64,000 nt of DNA, taken from Candidatus Heimdallarchaeota archaeon (GTDB lineage: Archaea > Asgardarchaeota > Heimdallarchaeia > JABLTI01). Every line of letters begins with the position of its first letter. Position 1 is the first letter of the stretch. The DNA is taken from contig JABCTZ010000011.1 in the NCBI GenBank assembly GCA_018238155.1, forward strand, positions 64,001-128,000, read 5' to 3'. A program made the position numbers and the translations under genes. This document shows, in pieces, positions 9,662-19,276 of the stretch. The notes under the pieces are model-generated. The model was not told where the DNA came from. It made no database searches and saw only the letters and a program-made list of their open reading frames with translations.

Positions 9662-12598
9662 ATGAGAAGGAAGTGGCTAATGATAAAGGAAATTGAAAGT
9701 AAACTTGAAGAATTTCTATCTTTTGCAAAAAAATTGTCTGGTAGAGAAAAACAAGAAGCCCAAACTTTCTTGAACCATTTATTCGAAGCATTTGGACATG
9801 AAGGGGTTATTGAGTGTGGAGCTTCTTTTGAAACCTCAATAAAAATCGAGAACAAAACCTATTATGCAGATTTGTTTTGACCTGAAAAAGTATTAATAGA
9901 AATGAAATCAAGAGGGGAAGATTTAAACAAACATATAAGTCAAGCTAAATTCTACTGGATAAATATCTATAAAATGCGACCTTCTTATGTCATTTTGTGT
10001 AATTTTGATGAATTTTGGATATTTGATTGGAACAAACAACCCGATCCAATTGATAAAATACATATAGATAATTTAGTAATTAGATGGAGAGCTTTATCAT
10101 TTCTTTACACTGGTGGAGATATAAAACCTATATTCAATAATGATAGAGTTGCTGTTACAGAAGTAGCAGCACAAAAAATAGCAAAATTATATTTGAGTCT
10201 AATAAAGAGAGGTGTAAGTCATGAAAAAGCTCAAATGTTTACACTTCAATGTTTAGTTTGTTTTTTTGCTGAAGATACTGGTTTATTTCCAGTCCGAGGT
10301 TTTTTCACAGAATTAATCCAAGATTGTATAAATGGAGCTAATAGTTACGATCTTTTTAAATTACTTTTTACTAAGATGAATTCAACAAAAAAAGAAACAG
10401 GAGGTAGATTTAAAGAAGTTTCATATTTCGATGGTGGTATTTTTGAAATCATACAACCTATTGAATTAAACAAGAGTGAATTGGAAAATTTACTCGCAGT
10501 AGCTCTTCATGATTGGTCTAAAATCCAACCTGCTATTTTTGGCAATATATTTGAATCAAGTCTAAGAAAAGATGAACGTCATAAATATGGTGCTCATTAT
10601 ACAAGAGAATCAGACATTATGAAAATAATTGAGCCAACTATTCTGCGACCGATTAGATTAAAAATTAATGAGGTAAAATCACTAAAAGATTTGGAGAAGA
10701 TTTGGATTTCTTTAAGTAAAATGAGAATTCTAGATCCTGCTTGTGGAAGTGGTAATTTTCTCTATATAGCGTTTAGGGAACTAAAATATTTAGAACTTGA
10801 TTTAATACGAAAAATGATAACTGATTATCCATCACTTGAGAAGAAAAAATTCTCTTTACAATCAAAAATTAAATCAACACAATTTTTCGGAATTGATACT
10901 AATCCTTTTGCAATAGAACTTGCCAAAATAACATTATCATTCGCAAAGAAAGATGCAATAGATACTTTTAATGAATTCAATAATCAGCGTTTGTTGCATT
11001 ATGATGGTGAGAGTCCTTTGCCTTTTGATAATCTAGATACAAATTTCATCATTGATGATGCCCTATTTATTGAATGGCCGGTTGCAGATATAATCATTGG
11101 TAATCCTCCATTTCAGTCTAAAAATAAGATGATTGAAGAATTTGGACCAGAATATGTGGAGAAGTTAAGAAAACAATTTCCAGATGTAAATGGTAGAGTA
11201 GATTACTGTGTTTATTGGTTCCGCAAAGCTCATAACAAGTTAAAAGAAGGTGGTAAAGCAGGGCTTGTTGGTACAAATACAATCAGACAAACTTATTCAA
11301 AAAAAGATGGGTTAGAGTATATTATTGAAAATAATGGGACTATTATAGAAGCTGTTTCCACTATGCCATGGAGTGGGGAAGCTCAAGTTCACGTTTCCAT
11401 TGTAAATTGGATTAAGGGAGAGATAGATGAATCTAAGAATAAGAAATTACTATTCTATGATGAGAAAAACCCCAATAATTTACTTGAGGAATATGATCTA
11501 GAATGGATACCTTCTTCTCTATCACAAAAAATAGATGTCATCTCAGCTAAAGAATTGATTACAAATAAGAATTCAGGAACTTGTTACCAAGGTCAAACTC
11601 ATGGACACAGCGGGTTTATTTTATCTCGACAACAAGCTAAAGATATTTTCAAAAGGGAACCTGAAGCAAGAGAAATAATTTTTCCTTACTTAATAGCGAA
11701 CGCAATGCTGGGTAATATAAAATCTCGTCCAGACCGATTAGTGATAGATTTTCAATCGATGTCTTTATTTGATGCACAGAGATTTAAAACCCCATTTAAA
11801 ATAGTAAAACAAAAAGTTCTACCAACAATTGAACAAAAAGCTGATGAAGAAAAGAAGTTATTTGAAAAACTAAAGAAAAAAGATACCGTTCGTCAAAATC
11901 ATTTAAAGAAATGGTGGTTATTTTGGAGAACTAGAAAGGATTTAATAAATCAAATTCAGACTATTCCAAGATACATTGCTTGTAGTCAGGTTGCAAAAAG
12001 ATCAATATTTGATTTTGTCTCATCAAATATTAGACTAAATGCTGCACTAATAGCATTTCCTTTAAGTGATGATTATTCATTTGGTATTTTACAGAGTTTA
12101 TTTCATTGGGAATGGATAAAAGCACGCTGTTCAACTTTGAAAGGAGATTATAGATATACAATAACAACAATCTATAATACATTTCCCTGGCCTCAATTTG
12201 GTATTATAAACGATATTGATATTCAAGATAACTTGGATGAAAAAATTGAACTTTGTATTGATGTAGCAAATAAAGCTAGAGAATTAAGAGTAACGCGGAA
12301 CAAACTAAGAGACGAAAAACATTTGTCATTAAGAGATATGTATAGAACACTAGAATTGCCTGGAGATAATATTCTAAGAAAATTACATGAAGAACTAGAT
12401 AACGCTGTAAGAAAAGCTTATTCCTATGGATTAATAGATACAGAAAAAACTTTTGATCCATTAAAACTACTTCTTCAATTGAATAACGCTTGTAAACATT
12501 TTGAAGAAGAAAATAAAAACCTTATAAAACCTGGGTTGCCATTTTTCTGTAAGAAAAAAGAATTCTATTCAGATGATTGTATAAGTTATCAAATATAA
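9662..12598 (+). pseudogene. MmeI-family (type IIL) restriction-modification enzyme with in-frame TGA in the nuclease domain; MTase/TRD part (9902-12598) open
   Basis: EKQEAQTF..YADLF*PEKVLIEMKSRG is one frame; GAHYT, LDPACGSGNFL, IIGNPPF, YRYT..YNTFPWP, H..LD.AV..AY. Confidence 0.88.
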
Positions 12599-12689
12599 AC
12601 CTAAATATTTCTAGACACTCTTTAGAATTAAATCATTTGTCTACTTATTCTAAAAAAAGAGTCTACAAGAAGGAAAAGAGAAAAGAATG

Positions 12690-12722
12690 TGGCGGACACA
12701 GTAGAATATGAATCCAAGCTCT
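12690..12722 (-). repeat. att-like direct repeat 3 (degenerate tRNA 3' half)
   Basis: tggcggacacagtagaatatgaatccaagctct, preceded by gagaaaagaa as at 1371-1380. Confidence 0.65.
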
Positions 12723-12726
12723 TTTG

Positions 12727-13596
12727 TTAAATATTAAATAGATCTTTATTTTCCTTCCCTTTTTTAGTAACATATTCCCTTTTTTCTTCATTATAATAAA
12801 TAGTATCAATAGGTAGTATATCTTTAGGTATTGGAGTATTTGCTACTGGATTAATATAGAGAGTTGCTTTCTTATCAGTCAATGTAAACGCATTTAAATT
12901 TGTAGTAATTAAGATAGCACTCACATCACGATTTCTGTAAAAAAAAGTGTTATTTTTTTCATCATATTTTCCAATTTGACCTTCAATAATTAATTGTATC
13001 TCAGATTCTTCAATTGACATAACAAATCCATAAATAGCATCCTTAATTGTTTCATTATCAATTGGTAATCCATTAGTACAGATATTCAAAGCTAAAATGT
13101 ATGGTTTATTTTGTAAAGAATATTTTGCTGGGTGTTTTTTATTTATTGCAACTCTCAATATTTCAATTGGTCTTGTTTCGTGTATCGTTAAGGAACCAAC
13201 TCTTCCTTCTTTTGTTTCCTGTTGTGATTTTTTTTTACTTACTTTTGCTTCAAGATAGAATTTAGTTTGTTTCCGTTTGGCATAAAAATCTGGAGTATTT
13301 TCCTCATTTTCTATATCCGGATGAATTTTAATATCATAACCACTTAAAAATAACATCTCATGTAAATAGAGTTCAAATAGTGCTCCTCTATGAACTCCAA
13401 TTTCATTTGCGATAAATCTTCGGTAAACCTCACAATTTATATTTTCGGGAAATCTATTAAACCATTTTTGTAATCTAAATTTGACCTTAGTAATTTCTGA
13501 ACTATCTGATTCAAGTAAACAACAATACTCAGAATCATTCTTTTTCTTCTCATTACAATTTTCTTTTCGTTCTGAATTAAATAATTTAAGGTTCAC
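12727..13596 (-). CDS. PD-(D/E)XK nuclease-fold protein
   Basis: ALFEL..TPDFYA..FYLEAK motif order. Confidence 0.65.
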   Translation of the reverse strand: MNLKLFNSERKENCNEKKKNDSEYCCLLESDSSEITKVKFRLQKWFNRFPENINCEVYRRFIANEIGVHRGALFELYLHEMLFLSGYDIKIHPDIENEENTPDFYAKRKQTKFYLEAKVSKKKSQQETKEGRVGSLTIHETRPIEILRVAINKKHPAKYSLQNKPYILALNICTNGLPIDNETIKDAIYGFVMSIEESEIQLIIEGQIGKYDEKNNTFFYRNRDVSAILITTNLNAFTLTDKKATLYINPVANTPIPKDILPIDTIYYNEEKREYVTKKGKENKDLFNI

Positions 13597-13604
13597 TGTT
13601 TTTC

Positions 13605-13775
13605 CTAATCCTTTGGATATGATATTTCAACTTCTTTAGTTATAAATATTAAACCGTTGTCGTCTTGTAAGAAGATTAAATCATCTCCTTTACAAAGATC
13701 TAATTTATCTCTTACTGTTTTTGGTAATGTAATCTGACTTTTAGTTGCTAATTTAGCACTTCCGAGAAATTTCAT
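13605..13775 (-). CDS. AbrB/MazE/SpoVT-family DNA-binding protein (56 aa, not in ORF track)
   Basis: MKFLGSAKLATKSQITLPKTVRDKLDLCKGDDLIFLQDDNGLIFITKEVEISYPKD; GGTG upstream. Confidence 0.9.
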   Translation of the reverse strand: MKFLGSAKLATKSQITLPKTVRDKLDLCKGDDLIFLQDDNGLIFITKEVEISYPKD

Positions 13776-13918
13776 TAATTGCACCTATATAATTATTTGA
13801 TTCAAGTAAAATAAACCTTTCCTTAAAATCAATTAAAAATAACAATATTGGTAAAACCCAATAATTTGGGAACCCCTTAAATAAAACCTTCTCCTATATA
13901 TCTATAGGTGATAAGAAA

Positions 13919-16054
13919 ATGGCTCTAGTAATAAAAAACAAGATTTCTTCATACACAAAAGAAAACAGAGTACTCATTTATCAAAAAGAGAAAAAAATTA
14001 GAGGTTCTCATTATAGTATTTATTCGGATGGAACAATAGAGATTAGAGGAAAGCTATTGAGTAGTACTAAATTTACTATACCAAAAGATTTGTTCCAATG
14101 GTTTGAAATCTCCAATCCATCAAGGATATTTTATGTGGAAATCAAATTGTTTCCAATAAACACCTATAGTGCTGATATTAAAGCACGGTTTTTATGCGAA
14201 AAATATGGAACCTTCATTCAATTTTTGGAACAGCTAGATCTAAAGATTGGAGAACAAGTTTTATTTAAACTTGATTTTAGAAATTCGAATATCAAACCCA
14301 CTCCTAAATTCCATAAAACACTAGCTTTGTTAGAATTACATTCCTTACCCTCTATTGAAACTCTAACTTATCTTTTTACTGGCGGTAAAGGGAATCGCGA
14401 GTTCTCTCTCTATAAAGATAACAGAAATGTTCTTTTTGTAAAGGCTAATGGGACGCTAAGAGATGGTGGTTCAGTCTCTCTGTCACAAGAATTGGGATAT
14501 TATATTGAGGATTGGTTTGAAAAAGATCATTTAGTTTACGCTTCCAAGGATAAAGAAGAAGCAAAAATAATAGAATCTAGAATAATTCGAAAAAATACTA
14601 CAAGACATCTTGAAAAATGCATCTATTTTCCTTATCAAGGGAAAAGTAAACCAATTTCATTTGTGATCTCTTCCCATGAATTTCAGTTAACAAGAGATGC
14701 AATTCAAGACTTTGATATCAAACAATCTTTAACAGAAAAAGGAATATCAATAAGTCGTTTTAAATCACATTCTCTTTTAATTGGAAATCATTGTGATTAT
14801 AAATTTGAGGCTAAAATTAGAAAAATTGCTCATCAATTCTCTTCGAATTATGATTGGTTCAATTCTCCTGAGGTTTACTTAGAATTTAATAATCAAAATT
14901 ATACCATTCAAGGAAATTTCAAAACAGTTGACAATATCATTACAGAAAGAAACCTACTAAAAATACTACTAATGGAAATAAAGACATCTGATAAAAATTT
15001 AGGAAGTGAATTAGAATATGCTATTGCGAGTATATTACACACTAAAAGCATGTTTAATCGAGACTACGTTTTTCCTATTCTTTTTATCAACCAAGATACT
15101 AAACGATTGAATGGTAGTTTAATCATAACTGAAAATTTCGGTTTCTCTTGCGGAATTATACTTATTGGTCCCGAAAAGGCATCTTCCCTTCAAGAATCTC
15201 CTCAAAAATTATTGAGTATTTTGAATGATTACACTGAAAAAATGAATATTCTTTCCAAAGAACGGTCAAAACTAATTCATCCCATTTCAGGCAATATAAC
15301 AACAAATATACTTCTGCAGAAAGAGGCATATCAACTTTTAGCTAATTCAAAACTTTCTGAAAACAAGATAATTCCTATTTATTGTTTATTAATGGGAATT
15401 ACTCTTACTGATTTTTGGTTATTATATAGATATTTTAGAGAATCAATTAATAATTGTCAAATGCAAAACCAGAGTGATTTTGGTATTCTTCAAGATGTTG
15501 AAAAGAAATCACCAAATTTAGCAATTTTTGATTATTTACATAATCTTTTAGTGGAAAAGGGCTATTTTGCTCTTTTAGCGCTAAAATCAAAGTTACCTCA
15601 AAATGAAGACTTGCACATTCTTTTACAAAATCAAGATCTCATACTTGAAAGATTCCCAGCTTGTATAAAAATTCGTGACATCTGGAAACGAAAGAGAGGT
15701 AAGGGAACTGCTTATGAACATGAAATAAGAAAGAAATTAATTAAGAATGGATATCAAGTAGCTTCCAATGTTATGCTTTCAAATCTTAGTAAACCATTTG
15801 AAGTTGACCACTTAGCTTTTAAGAATAACGCAATTACTCTTGTAAGCTGTAAAGATAGACGAAATATATCTTATGAACCAGATCTTCCACATTTGATAAG
15901 AGAAGCAGCAAACGTTCTTGAGTTTCGCAAAAACCTTCTTAATATTGATACTGCAATTCTTTATGTAAAAGTCAACCCCAACTTCTTTCACAATCAACAA
16001 TTACTGTTTGGACAGAAACCTTGGGTCAAAAATGTTGAAATAATAATTGAATGA
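13919..16054 (+). CDS. Multidomain protein with C-terminal restriction-endonuclease-like domain and a possible second central PD-(D/E)XK domain
   Basis: C-term GTAYEHEI..GYQV..FEVDHLA..LVSCKD; central FEAKIR..TVDNII..LMEIKT. Confidence 0.6.
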   Translation: MALVIKNKISSYTKENRVLIYQKEKKIRGSHYSIYSDGTIEIRGKLLSSTKFTIPKDLFQWFEISNPSRIFYVEIKLFPINTYSADIKARFLCEKYGTFIQFLEQLDLKIGEQVLFKLDFRNSNIKPTPKFHKTLALLELHSLPSIETLTYLFTGGKGNREFSLYKDNRNVLFVKANGTLRDGGSVSLSQELGYYIEDWFEKDHLVYASKDKEEAKIIESRIIRKNTTRHLEKCIYFPYQGKSKPISFVISSHEFQLTRDAIQDFDIKQSLTEKGISISRFKSHSLLIGNHCDYKFEAKIRKIAHQFSSNYDWFNSPEVYLEFNNQNYTIQGNFKTVDNIITERNLLKILLMEIKTSDKNLGSELEYAIASILHTKSMFNRDYVFPILFINQDTKRLNGSLIITENFGFSCGIILIGPEKASSLQESPQKLLSILNDYTEKMNILSKERSKLIHPISGNITTNILLQKEAYQLLANSKLSENKIIPIYCLLMGITLTDFWLLYRYFRESINNCQMQNQSDFGILQDVEKKSPNLAIFDYLHNLLVEKGYFALLALKSKLPQNEDLHILLQNQDLILERFPACIKIRDIWKRKRGKGTAYEHEIRKKLIKNGYQVASNVMLSNLSKPFEVDHLAFKNNAITLVSCKDRRNISYEPDLPHLIREAANVLEFRKNLLNIDTAILYVKVNPNFFHNQQLLFGQKPWVKNVEIIIE

Positions 16055-16503
16055 GAGTTAACTATATGAAACAAGATGTTCCTTTACTTGAAAGTTTATT
16101 CGGAACAAGTGATTTACCAACAATTGAAAAATATCTAACAGATGTAGAAGAAGAAACTAGAGCCAAAGCAATATGGGCATTAACGAAATTTTCTGTGGGG
16201 ATAACTTTTGAACAAGTTAGAGAAGAATTAATATCTGCAAAAAAAGACCGAACAAGGATTTTTCTAGCGGGAGCTTTATACCTTCTAAATTCTTCTTATC
16301 AATCACGAGAAATGATTTTCCTTTCCAAATATTATTTACAACATTATTTTGATGTAGAAAAAGAAGAGTTAAAAGTTGATTTTACAGGAGATTATGGACG
16401 TTCAGCAATAGTCATAGGACTTATTCTCTGGGATGTGGGATATGAAATATTTGCAACAAATACCTTGGACTTTTACGGTTTAAATTGGCTAATTGAAAAA
16501 TAA
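16051..16503 (+). CDS. Hypothetical protein (HEAT-like)
   Basis: ATGA overlap with upstream gene; YLTDVEEETRAKAIWAL. Confidence 0.55.
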   Translation: MRVNYMKQDVPLLESLFGTSDLPTIEKYLTDVEEETRAKAIWALTKFSVGITFEQVREELISAKKDRTRIFLAGALYLLNSSYQSREMIFLSKYYLQHYFDVEKEELKVDFTGDYGRSAIVIGLILWDVGYEIFATNTLDFYGLNWLIEK

Positions 16504-16555
16504 ACAGTTTTTCTTTTTCAATATCTGTTTTTGAAGTGGAGAATATAACACTAGA

Positions 16556-18190
16556 TTGGAAGTACATTTTGAAATGAACCAACAAAACTTTCTCACCTGG
16601 AAAACTGATCCATTTCTTATAGATCCAATACCCACAAGGAAAAATGATTGGTTAACTGCGAATAAGCTATTAGAACAAAAAGAGCAGTCAAAAATTTTCC
16701 TCAAAAATGATATCCTCAACCTTTATTCCATAATGGTTCGCAAAAACGATTTTCTTGCCGGAGAACGCCTTATTCAACGATTGCCTTATGTCTCTTTACC
16801 ACCTGATTTAGCTTCTAGTTTGCGTAAACCGTCACTAAAATTAGCTGAGAGATGCCATTACTATTTTCAAGATACTGCTATCAATTATTCTATCAAGAAG
16901 TGGCAGCAAAAGATTATTGATTATACGGAGAAGCAGCATCGACTACCATTTCCTTTATTTAGGATGAGTGATTTCTGGCAAGACTTTCTAATGCAAAAGT
17001 ACGTTCCCTTCCAATCTGCACGAGGAGAAACCTTCCATTTACCAACTATTCTCTCTAAAGATTTAGCTTATTTCTTAGGAGTAGTTATTGGCGATGGTCA
17101 TTTGAACTATTATAATATCGAATTAGTGGACTTTTCCCAAGAGCACACGATTATGTTACAAAAATTAGCCATGAAATTATTTGGTATTGAGGGTGCAATT
17201 TCTGGTGAGAAAAAAGTGTGGTTGTTACATTTGAATAATAAATGGCTTGTACGGTTAGCTAATTTCCTAACGGATCAACCAATTACCGGGAAAAAATACC
17301 ATGCTTTACGCGAACCACTTATTTTTACGTCGGATGAGAATCTTCGATGGGAATTCTGGAATGGAGTATTAGATGCAGATGGCAGCTATAAATCACAGAT
17401 CAATTTCTGTTCTTCATCAAAAAAATTCATAGAAGCATTTGGCTCATTTCTAGATTCATACAATTTTGACTATAAAATACGAGAATTAACCTCTGACTTG
17501 GGGAATGGTTATTCTTTAAATATTAAAGCGAAACATAAACATTTTTTTAGCCAATTCATACAACCAAGACATCCAATAAAGCAAGAAGATTTTTCACAGC
17601 ACTTAAATCGTCAATCAAACAAAAATCTCAATAATCCTACATTCAAGCGTATGTATATTAAAGATATTAATCCTCAGACACTAGTTACTATTAATGATAC
17701 TGCTTTTTTTAATTTCGAACTCATACCTATGCTCAATGTCACAAATTGCACCAGCTATTTACGAAAGTCTCGTGAAACTAACCAATGGACACAGCAAGAT
17801 TTAGCTAATTTTCTAGAAATTCAAAAAGGACGATTAGCAGCATATGAATACACCGGAAATCTCCCTATTGCTTATCTTGTCAAACTTCTTCCAATTATCC
17901 CTAAGAGTACTCCTCATTTAATGCTATTTCTAAAACGGAACAAACATAATTATTTTCGTTCACGAAAAACAATTGCTAAGTTAGATCTAGAACCAACTAG
18001 TAGTTTGCTTTCTTTAATGAAATCATTAGTGTTCTGTAAGGATTATATTACGATTAAAAATAAAAGACCAATTATTACTGAATTGAAAGACCAATTTGAA
18101 ATAGAAATTGTGAAAAAGAATCTAATTAAAAATTCGGTTTTGCATCGATTTATTAAAACATTTTTTTTGCTGAGTACAGAACGAGAATAA
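16556..18190 (+). CDS. Free-standing double-motif LAGLIDADG endonuclease-like protein with C-terminal XRE-HTH
   Basis: LAYFLGVVIGDG and FWNGVLDADGS; LRKSRETNQWTQQDLANFL..LAAYE. Confidence 0.8.
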   Translation: MEVHFEMNQQNFLTWKTDPFLIDPIPTRKNDWLTANKLLEQKEQSKIFLKNDILNLYSIMVRKNDFLAGERLIQRLPYVSLPPDLASSLRKPSLKLAERCHYYFQDTAINYSIKKWQQKIIDYTEKQHRLPFPLFRMSDFWQDFLMQKYVPFQSARGETFHLPTILSKDLAYFLGVVIGDGHLNYYNIELVDFSQEHTIMLQKLAMKLFGIEGAISGEKKVWLLHLNNKWLVRLANFLTDQPITGKKYHALREPLIFTSDENLRWEFWNGVLDADGSYKSQINFCSSSKKFIEAFGSFLDSYNFDYKIRELTSDLGNGYSLNIKAKHKHFFSQFIQPRHPIKQEDFSQHLNRQSNKNLNNPTFKRMYIKDINPQTLVTINDTAFFNFELIPMLNVTNCTSYLRKSRETNQWTQQDLANFLEIQKGRLAAYEYTGNLPIAYLVKLLPIIPKSTPHLMLFLKRNKHNYFRSRKTIAKLDLEPTSSLLSLMKSLVFCKDYITIKNKRPIITELKDQFEIEIVKKNLIKNSVLHRFIKTFFLLSTERE

Positions 18191-18636
18191 TGTTTAGAGA
18201 TGGTTAAGAGTTCCTCTGTCATTTTGAAAAATTGAAGTATTTTGGAAATGCTCTCACAGCTCAGAAGTGAGAGTGAATGTTCTTGACCAAAACTCTATCG
18301 CTGAACGCTCCACTCGTGCGACCTAAAAGCCCACGCTTCGGTGGTCTTTTTTAACGGTCGTCTTCGACACGAAAACCAGAGAGAAATCAAAGAGATGATT
18401 TTGTCGTGAAAAAATACCCAAGAAAGAACATGAAAATAGGAAAAAAAGCAGAAAAAGAGATTCTAAAGGGACTTAGAATAACCTTCCGCTATACAAAAAG
18501 AAGCCTTCTCCTGCCTTATTTTCAGGCTGATTTTTCGAGACTTTTTGTTTTTTGACGAATTCTTAACATACAGTAAATTCTTGTTTCTGTTTTTTGGCGA
18601 ATTTTGTGCTTTTTAAACAAAATTTGATAGAATTAG

Positions 18637-19275
18637 GTGAGAATAATGACTTTGGAATCATCTGTGACGCAAGAACAGCATATTCATAAGGATTTATCTA
18701 GTGCTAAAGTTAAAGTGACAAACACAGTTCAAACTTTCTGTAAATACTTAATTGACAGCGCATTGAATCATGGCAGATATTATTATCCTTCATTGAATAC
18801 TTTCAAATTTGATGAGAAATTGACATTAGTCTCAAGAACAATAGATCGCTTAGTGAGATTTTTAGTTCAAGTTAATATTCTAACTAAATTAACACGATCG
18901 AAAACACAAGCTTATCAAGTCAATGTCAATAATCCATTATTCCACCTTATTTTGAGAATATATCATCCTGTTCATCCAATTACCATTTGTACAAAACAAG
19001 ACATCATTTCAATAAAAAGAATTGAAGAACTACAAAGCGGTGTAGAGCACTTGAAACATGTTTTTAGTCTATTAGAATCAAAAGAGGATCATAGATTAGA
19101 ACTTCATAGAGATTTGTTGGATGAAATAACTGAATATACTACAGTCTCAGATATTTCAACAGAAGATCTAAAAGAGAAATTAAGGTCAATCATCTTAGGC
19201 TCTAGCACAAGTGCAGAGATTAACAACTTTTCCATATTAAATGAATTTTTGCTAGAGTATAACAAGGGGGATTAA
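18637..19275 (+). CDS. Winged-helix protein
   Basis: VSRTIDRLVRFLVQVNILTKLTRSKTQAYQVNVNNP wHTH wing pattern. Confidence 0.6.
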   Translation: MRIMTLESSVTQEQHIHKDLSSAKVKVTNTVQTFCKYLIDSALNHGRYYYPSLNTFKFDEKLTLVSRTIDRLVRFLVQVNILTKLTRSKTQAYQVNVNNPLFHLILRIYHPVHPITICTKQDIISIKRIEELQSGVEHLKHVFSLLESKEDHRLELHRDLLDEITEYTTVSDISTEDLKEKLRSIILGSSTSAEINNFSILNEFLLEYNKGD

Positions 19276-19276
19276 T

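Noticed and set aside
16556-18190. Intein or intron-encoded homing endonuclease
   Set aside because: No N-terminal Cys/Ser or C-terminal His-Asn splice motif, and no interrupted host gene or rRNA flanks
18190-18636. CRISPR array or leader beside the Cas1-like operon
   Set aside because: No regularly spaced 25-40 bp repeats seen here or elsewhere in the window
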